Below, piece after piece: positions 52,210-64,000 of a stretch of 64,000 nucleotides of DNA. Below the pieces are notes generated by a model, which had not been told where the DNA came from, ran no database searches, and saw only the letters and a program-made list of their open reading frames with translations. Made by a program: the position numbers and the translations under genes. Each line of letters starts with the position of its first letter. Positions within the stretch are counted from its first letter, which is position 1. Origin of the DNA: Anthoceros angustus (Eukaryota; Plantae; Anthocerotophyta); assembly GCA_010909165.1 (NCBI GenBank), contig MU008156.1:124001-188000 (forward strand), given 5' to 3'.

Positions 52210-53773
52210 ATGGCCGGCGACGATGAAGTTGTAATTCTTTGCCGTCCAGTTGGACAGGAGGGTGGCTCATTCAACTTTCAGGGCGGCGGTTTTGCGCTGC
52301 AACCTTATGGCAAGCGGTTCAGCTGTGGCTGAGATGCCTGCGCTGCCTGACGAAGACGCTTCAGGGCTACACTGCTGCTGTAGCTCAGAGGTGAGCTCCA
52401 AAGTTGCAATCGCCCTGGTATAGATGTAGCTTGTCAGGTGTTCGTGTCCCGTCTTGTACTTTAGAAGGACTGTGTTAGCTAACTAGTCCGACTGATGCCT
52501 TGTTTAAAGCAGGCGTTTCATCAGCACACGCAGGTATCGATCGTACTACCAGGAGGAGGGGAGCTTCTGTGCGAGGCTGTAAAACAGCCTGCACATGAGA
52601 AGACCGTTGGTAAGCCTTCGCATCTTTGTTTCTCTTGCATTGTTTGTCGGTAACGTTGAGTGATGTCTTTGTGTCCCTAATAACCACAGAGGGAAGATTT
52701 GGGCTGACTTACCACAGTGCTGCACGCTGTTGGCAGCTGTGGGACTCTTCAGGAAGTTGTCTTTGCTAGATAGGTATCTGTTTATCTGGATACTACTAGA
52801 CATGGCATTGGCACTGCTCATGGGGCACTACGTGAAAGGGATCAAGAAGAGACTTCAAACTGTGCAGCTAGCATCTGTGTCTCTACCTATTGCCGTGGGT
52901 CTGTGGGTCATGATGTATCCGGTCCTGTGCAAAGTTCGGTACGAAGTTCTTTTCAAGATGGTGAAAGCTGGGGGCCTAGGTCGAAATCTGGTATTGAGCC
53001 TCATTTTGAATTGGGTTGTAGGCCCTGCACTTATGACAGGTCTTGCCTGGGCCACGCTCCTGGATCTTGAGCACTACAGGTCAGGAGTCATTCTAGTTGG
53101 CATTGCCAGATGCATTGCCATGGTTCTCATCTGGAATGACCTGGCCAAAGGAGATGGGCAGCTTTGCGCAATATTGGTGGCTATCAATTCTGTAATGCAG
53201 ATGGTACTGTACACTCCACTTTCGCTTTTTTACCTCAAAGTCATTTCCAGAGGCAAGGGTGTTGATGTCGGTACCTGGGAAATTGCACGAAACGTGCTGC
53301 TGTTCCTCGGCATACCATTGTTTGCTGGCATCATCACAAGGTACTCCCTTCGTTACAGCATTGGACGGAAGTGGTACGACACTAAGTTCATTCCTTTCGT
53401 CGCTCCCTGGGCTCTCATTGGTTTGCTATATACAGTTTTTGTGATGTTCTCCATTCAAGCGAATCAGATCATCAACAACATCGGCGATGTGGCAAGAGTA
53501 GCTGTCCCAATGCTACTCTACTTCACAATAGTTTTCTTCTCCACAGCAGCATCATGTCGGTATCTGGGAATCCCCTACCCAGAAGCTGTCACCCAGTCAT
53601 TTACGGCATCCAGCAACAATTTTGAGCTGGCCATAGCTGTAGCTGTGGGGAGCTTTGGTATAGACTCCCAAGAAGCATTAGCTGCAACAATTGGCCCTCT
53701 GATAGAAGTGCCCGTCTTATTGATTTTAGTGTATATGACATTGAAGCTGCAGAAGACTTTGTTCGTGCGGTAA
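52210..53773 (+). CDS. ACR3: ACR3 arsenite efflux transporter (exons 52210-52390, 52513-52609, 52737-53773); one extra base in exon 1
   Basis: GLFRKLSLLDRY, SLPIAVGLWVMMYPVLCKV, GIARCIAMVLIWN (conserved Cys), ASSNNFELAIAVAVGSFGIDS, GPLIEVP; closely resembles fern PvACR3 as recalled; small exons inferred from alignment with the paralogue. Confidence 0.95.
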
Positions 53774-54350
53774 GCTTCACCCTTCTGTGTCTGAAGACTT
53801 TGTTCGTGCACTAAGCTTTATCCTCCTGTGTCTGAGTACACAGCGAGGTACGTAGATTGTGTTTGGGCTTCGGGTTCTCACCGTTCACTTCGCCACTGCT
53901 CGTCACATAGACGATCCTTAGAACCAAATTGCCAAATGAACGATCATTGGGACCAAAGGGTGCATTCTTCTAGGTAAATCCCAAAGAATTGGGAAATAAA
54001 TTCTGAACTTCGGAAGCTTTAAAACAGAAAGGAAGGTCTGGAGCTACAACGACAGGCAATCCTTGGGTCAGATCCTTTATTTTGACAGTGCGCTTAGATA
54101 TCTCTGCTTTGACCCATCTGATAAGCCCCCCAAACTCCGCATAGCAAAATTGTGTAGCGAGCACCACCTGGGAGTGTCCAGATCTCCACCAGCTCCGCCT
54201 AACTACGCCAAAACGTTAGTGAAGTGATCTACTGGCGAACGAGCATCTAGACAGTTGAGGTGCACCCCTTCAGGATGCAAGACGAAGAGTCCGGTGATGC
54301 CCTTGAACGCCGCACTTACAAACGGTTCTCCATCGGAGGCCAGCCCGGGT

Positions 54351-55426
54351 TTACTGTCTCCAGTTTCCACCGAAGTTTCCCTGCTGGTCAGAAGAATTGT
54401 TGTCTGCGTCTTGGCCGGGAGACGAAGCATCGCCACCACCGTAAGCAGGAGTATCCGAGGCACCAAAAGGAGAGGGAGGAGCATCTGAGCCACTCAAAGG
54501 AGGAGGAGCATCTGAGCCACCAAAAGAGCCACCACCAGGAGCAGGCTCTTGGCCTCCGAATGAACCAGAAGAGTCGGGACCACCGAACCCGCCGGAATCT
54601 GAGTTATTGAAGCCACCACCACCGCCCCCTCCACTGCCACCAAATCCACCACCAAAGCCACCCCCACCAAAGCCACCCCCACCGAAACCACCCCCACCGA
54701 AACCACCACCAAAACCACCTCGCGGAGGCCCACCCACACCAGCCATTCTTTGAGTGGCATAATCAACACGAATTGTCCTACCAGCCAGTTCCTGCACATA
54801 AACGACCAAAGTCAAAACCCTGGCCGCCAGCCGACACCCGAACTCAAATAGTCGCCAAGAAGGCAAACAAGGAACGCAAGGTAGCCGCAGGGAAGGACTA
54901 TCACACACCCGGCCGTCCATGCCCTGAAGAGCCGTTTGGGCCTCGTTCTCAGTGGTGAAGCTAACAAACCCGAAACCTCTCGATCTCCCGGTATCACGGT
55001 CCACAATGATCTTCACTGCAAAAGCCAATCCGACAATGTAAGCAAAACAAATCCACCACCGCAAGCCACAACCCCGGCTCACAACGAGGCCAGCCACTTC
55101 CCCCACCTTCCGTGACATCACCGAAGGAGGAAAACGCGTCCCTCAATGTCTTCTCGTCCGTGCCCCAAGAAAGGCCTACAATGAACAAAACCAACGCCAC
55201 TCAATCAGACAATCGCTCAATCCAAAACCAGACCCCGGTATTTCACGCCACAATCAGACGACAATACAGCAGACTCACCTCCAACAAAGAGCTTGGAGGA
55301 CGACATGTCCCTGGCCGCCACCATCATAGCCGGGATAGCCGCAGCTGCGGCTCCACCAGCAGCTGAAATTCTCGATCTAGCCGCCGACTGCCGCACTGCG
55401 GCTCCAATTTTGGCTAGGAAAGCCAT
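54351..55426 (-). CDS. Organelle-targeted (probably mitochondrial) glycine-rich RRM RNA-binding protein, 4 exons
   Basis: MAFLAKIGAAVRQ presequence; SSSKLFVG|GLSWGTDEKTLRDAFSSFGDVTE|VKIIVDRDTGRSRGFGFVSF (RNP1); Gly-rich tail. Confidence 0.9.
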
Positions 55427-56070
55427 GTCTACTCTACCGCGTAGCACTCCCTTGGCCTGCAATCAGCTCAACGTCTCAGGCTGCAAATAATGCGCCCGCC
55501 ACGACAAGCACGCCAGCCGTTTGAGCGCAGAACGGAGGCGGGAAGGCCAGACTGCGGCCACAGCGAGCTGAGAAAAGGAGTAGCCGCTGCCAGCTTCGGC
55601 TTCGAGCAAAGTCACTGAGAGCGAACAGACACATTTTTTAGGGTTTTGATTCCTTCTCGCGCAGTGAACAGCTCTTAGGGCTGCGCTCATTTCCTGTACA
55701 CATTCGGGTTTAGGTTAGGCAAGCACCATTCGAAACCGACGTAACCTGCAACGAACACGTTCTCATCACTTGCACTGCACTCTGTAGACCATGTTTTCAA
55801 TTTACTTCAACGGCGATGTCCTTGAGCAAAGCTTGCACACTAAGCTGGAATGAATTCCGCTACTGTCTATTCCTGCATCTTCCAGGATCTTCACCAACAC
55901 ACGATCTTCAAGTTTCTTCCGCCCTCCGAGATGGCGGCTGGGTCATTTGGAAGGACGGCGATTCAGAGTTGTGGCTCGTCAGAACGGAATAGGCATTGCG
56001 ACGGTCCATGATCGATCTCAGCTCTGACAAGCGTACACCAGTCGTTTCCTCGACTGGAGTGGAAGCCTGC

Positions 56071-56394
56071 TCACGTCTGACCCCCTGCCCCTGCTGACTC
56101 TTTCCTTTTGCGCACCATTTCCCTGATCTCTTCCGGAGGAGGAGGCCTTGGTCCCTCCGGCGGATAGACCACGTACGGCCGCTGCATGCGCATGCCAGGG
56201 TTAGTCCAACACTTGCCGCAACCAGCTGCTTCTGAGCTTGTAAAAGACCAAGACCTTCTGCAGTGCAGGGATGTGTAGCTTACTCGTCTGATCAGCTTCT
56301 CAAGATTCTCTGGATTGGCCACCACTATCATCATGGTCACTGGGATGGCAACGTACAGCCCGAATTTGAACACCTCCAAAAAGCCTCTGGCCAT
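56071..56394 (-). CDS. PET100: PET100-family cytochrome c oxidase assembly factor, 2 exons
   Basis: LEVFKFGLYVAIPV...NPENL...|RPYVVYPPEGPRPPPPEEIREM. Confidence 0.8.
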   Translation of the reverse strand: MARGFLEVFKFGLYVAIPVTMMIVVANPENLEKLIRRVSYTSLHCRRSWSFTSSEAAGCGKCWTNPGMRMQRPYVVYPPEGPRPPPPEEIREMVRKRKESAGAGGQT

Positions 56395-56775
56395 CTCCGC
56401 ACCGTTCGTCCGCGCAAGCTGGTCCAGCTAGTTCACACGCAAGTCTGTTCCCATCACGATAGTAACCTAATTCAGGGTCGTGGAACAAGGGGAACGTTTC
56501 TTCGGGGAACGCTCTGCTTCTATCGGTGTTCAGTCCTGACCATCATACATTCCTGTTGGGCACCGAAACAAGCCGGTGCAGCTTGTGAATTAACCGTCCC
56601 AGCCATGATAGAGTTCCAACACACTTATGCATTCCCTGCCAGCTTTTAATTTCTTCCGTCTATGATGGGCTTCATTCCAAGTGTCGTAGGGGTGTCTTTT
56701 CTCTCCTGGCGTTCACAGCGTTGAAAGTCTTATTGGATATGTCAGGAGGGACTTCGGACCTGACGCAGTTCGCAA

Positions 56776-59231
<2,456 letters not shown>

Positions 59232-59380
59232 AATCCAAGATAGGTAGTAGGTGCGAGCACTGCAGCCAGGCCTAGAGCAGGCGGAGGCAGGTGATGTCAT
59301 ACCTCCTGAGTGTGGTTACGCTCCTTTTGAAGTGCAGTATGTTCTTGTGTGTGGTCATCGAACAGCTTCGGACAAGAGAA

Positions 59381-59650
59381 TCAGCTGTCCGAAGCTGTGG
59401 TGCAGATGCCTTCGTGCATGTCCTCGAACCCGGAGATGGCTGTCATGGGCCTCACTGGCAGCTTGGCGAGCTGGGCGTAGGCCTCGAATGCGAAGGTAAC
59501 CTGGTACTTGTTCCCGTGACCGCCTGGGCCTCCGGGGAAATAAGGTATGCCATCCTTCCTCGCCCTCTGGACCAGCAGGATAGCAGCACTCCTCTCTGAC
59601 ATTTGCATCATGTGCAGCATGTAGAGCGGGATGGGCCGCTTCCTGGTATT
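59381..59650 (-). other. Orphan coding-like fragment with GC3-rich codons, truncated upstream by AT-rich/LTR DNA
   Basis: RKRPIPLYMLHMMQM...IPYFPGGPGGHGNKYQVTFAFEAYAQLAKLPV...FEDMHEGIC; mostly C/G-ending codons; no family recognised. Confidence 0.35.
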
Positions 59651-59899
59651 TCATCGATTCCCACCTACATTATGGTATATCATATCATTATATTATTATT
59701 TTTATTATATTTATAAATAAACGTAAAACACACTCAAAGTAACACCTTTTTATCGAGGTGGGGCAGTCACGCAGTTAGCGACAGAAACATCACCAGACAC
59801 CAGCATTGGGCCTCCAAGTAGTCCCCGTCCTTCCACGGGATGACTCGCAGTCAGCATGTTTGTAGCCATTGTTTATTCCAGCAACAGTCAACAAGAATA

Positions 59900-60860
59900 C
59901 ATGAGAGGTCGGAGAGAGCTCCCCATCTTTGCCTAAGCTAGGATCTTAGCTCTCTCCCCTCGATCTCCTCCTCCAACAACTCTTCTCTAGCTCCCAATGC
60001 CTCTAGGCACCATAGTCCTATCCTCACAAGAGTGTAGCTCCCAAGTGCTAGGTTCCTTCTAGACATGCTCACACTCCAGGCTACCAAGGCCTTTAGGCTC
60101 CAAAGTCCTATCCTCACGAGCGTAGCTACCAAGGATCACAGGATGCTTTTCTAGGGCTAGCCTCATCTAGGGAGGCTTACAACATTCTCAAAAGTAATTG
60201 CCTAAACGTAGACTATCTTCCTTAAGCCCTAAGCTAAGTCTTACCACCACTACTTACAACTTACTAAACTAGATCCAGGGCTGCATGCCTCTCATGCAAG
60301 GCTTCTTACTTTCTCCCCCACTAGGAAAAGAATCACTATCCTCAGTGATAGCCAACATATCGAGTGATCATCCAGGATCCTTTCTGCATATCCTCTAACG
60401 TTACCCAAACTGGATGTGAGATCCCACGCAACTTTATCATATACTGTGGTATGATTCCATGTTTTGTAGGCACACTACTCTCTGCAAGGAATTCCTCAAT
60501 TTCCCGCAGTCCTCGATCATGTTGCACGAGAATACTGTACTTTTTCTTATCCATGTCCTCTTTCTCTTTGTTTGGCACAAATGGTTTCAGTAGTGATACA
60601 TGAAACACATTTTATGCAAAAATCCATTCAGGCAGTTGTAACTTGTAAGCCACTTCTCCAATGCGCTTCAAGACTACAAATGGACCACCATATCTTGGCC
60701 TTAACTTAAGAATTAATCCTTGAGGTAATGGGAAATGCTTCTATTTCACCCATACTTTATCCCCAACGTTGAAGACAACCCATACTGTGCCTATCAGCAT
60801 ATTTCTTCTGACGTGCTTGAGCTTTGGCTAAAATTCCTTTGGGAGGTGGACTGTACGTGT
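59900..60860 (-). mobile_element. Ty3/gypsy chromovirus-like 3' end (integrase C-terminus, chromodomain-like tail, PPT, LTR remnant)
   Basis: AQARQKKYAD...FNVGDKVWV...KLRPRYGGPFVVLKRIGEVAYKLQLP...VFHVSLLKP; QYMIKLRG...WVTLEDM; purine tract agtgggggagaaag after the stop. Confidence 0.8.
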
Positions 60861-61048
60861 TGAATTTTTAATAATTCTATCTCTAAGTTATACATTATAG
60901 AATAAATTGCTTTGAGATTGAAATAATTTATTTTAATATAATATTTAATTTAAATATAATAATATATAATATTTAATTTAAATTTTAGAATACTAAATAT
61001 TAAAAATTTATTAATTCAATCAATATTATAACTCAATATGATTGGTTA

Positions 61049-61297
61049 ATTGAATATAACTAGCTGATTACATTATATTAATATTAATAGGGAGAAGGGA
61101 GAAGGGATCCTCTGGGAGGTAGTCAGATATGTCCGGGGGATGGCATCCTTGGGTGCTGGATGGAGGGCACGGAGGGCAACAATGGTCTCCTCAAAAGCGG
61201 GGGCCAGGGGAGGGGTCGAAGAGCCCCGGCAGCGCGAGCATACTCACCTGCCTGGACCTGTAATATAATAATATGTAATCAGCTAGTTATATTCAAT
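61049..61297. mobile_element. 25-bp perfect AT-rich inverted repeat enclosing a GC-rich fragment resembling a CRE/RLE-type non-LTR ORF
   Basis: attgaatataactagctgattacat (61049-61073) is the reverse complement of 61273-61297; the minus-strand core reads VQAGEYARAAGALRPLP(L)APAFEETIVALRALHP after one homopolymer correction. Confidence 0.5.
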
Positions 61298-62785
61298 GCC
61301 ATAGCAAAGATAATGTTCAAGCCACATGTCCTTTTGTTCTCTCTGTGGGGGAGATTGTCCACTATCAATAGCTCGATAAAGAAACCCCATAGAGGATAGG
61401 GGTGCGCTGGTTTCCATGAGCGAGATCGTAAAGTGCGAAACCTTCTTTCAATATTCACATGTTTGGCCAGTATTCACCATGACTTAAATATCTTATCTAT
61501 CTTTAACTCACATCATTTGTCGTGGATGAGATGCGCATGCTGACTCCCTCGCTGGAGTTCTTCAGTCAGCATGAGAAGTATAATAAACTTGACTTGACTG
61601 TTGTTAGTCTTGTCTCAAGCATAGCTTATTCTTATCTCGCGACCCTATCCCGAATAGGGTCTAAATAGTTCATTAATAATATCTTGTTATATTTTATGCA
61701 AATTTGTTACTTTCATCATTCAGTGCAATATATATGGATATAGATATTTATATATTATTTTAAATTGAAAAATATTCTATAAAATTTTTCCTCTTTATCT
61801 TTCTTTTTTTGTCTTGAATTGGGTCTCGTATGCCATATTATTTGGGACACCAGGAAGTTTGCACCAATTTTTTTCCACATACCATATTCTAGTGGAATAT
61901 ACCCCACATCTATAGAGATTCAACAACGGCTTCGACCCTCCGTCCCTCCCTAGGCTTGTGGCTTTACAATTTACCTATTTTACAACTTACATTACGACTA
62001 TAATGTATGGTATAATTACCAAAATCCCTCGATAAGGGGTCGATAAGGGTACTTTTTTATTACACTTAAATTACATCACATAGCAAGTTTACACCTGTAA
62101 ATTTGGTAAAAATATATGGCATATATAATTTACATAATATATATAATAAATCTATAATAAATATTTCAAGTAAACATGCATAAAAATAAACTTATAAGCT
62201 CAAAATGGAGGTAGATTATTGTTTCCACTATTCTTCTCTTGAGACGTAGACTCCCCTTCTTCATTGTCCTCCATTTCAGTGGACATCTTCCATGCCAGTT
62301 GAACCACTTGTGTAATGATGTACGGTATAAATATGGTATAGGTATGGTATATAATTAGGTATAAATATGGTGTACAATCACAGTATATGGATAGGCTCGT
62401 AAGTGGAGTAAGCCGCAGATGTTATGATGGTGCTGAATGACACTTCACATACTATGTACGGTAAGATGGCCATCATATAACGGAGACCCTTGGGCAAAGG
62501 GGTAGCTTGTCTGGTCCTCACAACTTGTATAGGTTTAAGACTTTATAAGTATGCTATCTGATCCTCCCAATCTCTTGCTGCAATAGTAGCATTGTGCCGT
62601 TTTAACACTCTGTTGGTATAATAGACACAAATAAGCATACCAACACTCTCCACCATATACAGTTCTTGCTCTATTATCACGCTAGCCATGTCTCCATGTG
62701 CTCCAGTTTCCTTCCCCTCCGATTACACTTTCCCCTCCGGTTGTTGGAGGAATGTTCAACAACTTCGTTCCTACATCTCCAAGTT

Positions 62786-63225
62786 GTGGACATTCCTCTC
62801 TATATGCTTCCCACCATTCGATTGGAGATGTGGACATTCCTCTCTATATGCTTCCCACCATTCGAAACTGTCATACACTAGCCTGTCTTAGAAATGCATC
62901 TCTTCTTCAATGCACAACTTACCAAGTCTAAGACGATAGTGATTGAATTGCAACAAACCACAACGAACTTCTCTAATATTAGGTGCCAAATGCTTCATAA
63001 CCTGATGACTTTTAATCTATCCGTTGATGAAGTTCTAGGCAACAACAAAAAAAAGCTATCATGCCAACCATATTTCTCGGAAAAGCCTATCACAGCAGCA
63101 ATAAAGCCAATCATGCCAGCCATATTTCTCGGAAAAGCCTATCAATCATGCCAGCCATATTTCTCGGAAAAGCCTATCACAACAGCAATAAAGCCAATCA
63201 TGCCAACCATATTTCTCAAAAAAGT
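62786..63225 (+). repeat. Short tandem repeats (35-nt block x2 at 44-bp spacing; 52/35-bp units x4)
   Basis: gtggacattcctctctatatgcttcccaccattcg at 62786 and 62830; atcatgcca(a/g)ccatatttctc at 63058, 63110, 63145, 63197. Confidence 0.75.
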
Positions 63226-64000
63226 CTCCTTCATGCCGCCACCATCTGCATAAGCCACACTCGCAAGTGTGCCAAAGCTATTTGCGCTTCCGTCTATCTT
63301 GCATTAGAAGGGTCTATCTTACCTTATCTTACTACTATAATTACTATAATAATAGAATATTATAAAATACATATTCTATTTTACATACACACATAATTTT
63401 ACAATAAGTAGATAATTACATGTGATGTAATTACATTATTTTATTATCGTAAATGTAACTGTAAAATATTATTTTATCTTATAGTAGTGATTAACTATGG
63501 GTCTTACCCGTGATACTCCCAAGCCCATCTCTCCCAAATCAATCTTGGTGCTTGCACGGACATAAGGGAGAAGAAGAAGAAGAAGAAATATTTTATTCAA
63601 ATCCAATAAGGACGGATTTCTGTCATGGGACTTGGTACTTAACATGGTGTGCCTAAGCTGCTTGGGCATCCACTCCCTTTAGGCACACCATCTAAGTACC
63701 GATCTAAGCACAGGATGCTTAATCACGACGTTTTCTTATAAATGTGTCCATTATACCTCTGCCATTTGGACGGCAGAAGCAGACGCAAATACATAGCTGC
63801 ATCGTCAGCCCACATGATCAAACCACCCTAACGCATTAATGTCAAGAAAAGTGCGAACGTGCCCGGTGTCCCAAACCGGTACGCCATATGAAACTTGGCA
63901 ACCTGTGGAGAAAAATGTATGAGCTGCAAAGATATACGAGAGTGCACGTCCACCACGCACTTGGCTTTACTCAGTGGGGAAATAAATGAGCACCAGGGAA

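Overview
This window is eukaryotic nuclear DNA from a non-flowering land plant or close streptophyte relative. The evidence is GT-AG introns mostly of about 70-130 nt, a nuclear PsbY polyprotein and fern-like ACR3 genes. A hornwort or lycophyte is my inference, not proven. Gene-dense blocks alternate with TE and tandem-repeat blocks. Genes in order: TRIM37-like RING/B-box/coiled-coil/MATH E3 ligase, orphan multi-pass membrane protein, phosphoserine phosphatase, RPL36, four-unit PsbY polyprotein, DUS2-type dihydrouridine synthase, ACR3 pseudogene, two tandem secreted alpha/beta hydrolases, intronless ABCC1/2 (MRP1/2)-type transporter, carboxypeptidase Q-like M28 peptidase, ACR3, organellar glycine-rich RRM protein, PET100, TGS1. 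TEs: two copies of an APE-RT LINE, pogo-like relics, a TA-flanked MITE and a chromovirus-like gypsy 3' end. The leading candidate for a novel system is a ~22 kb block (31.3-53.8 kb). In it, two head-to-head ACR3 arsenite-efflux paralogues, each with a Cys-rich N-terminal extension missed by the ORF track, bracket an ABCC1/2-type transporter (the family that sequesters As-phytochelatin) and a secreted or vacuolar carboxypeptidase. This may be a plant arsenic-detoxification gene neighbourhood. Many single-base indels fall in homopolymer runs, so some frameshifts are probably assembly errors. All family assignments come from motif recognition by eye; no database search was run.
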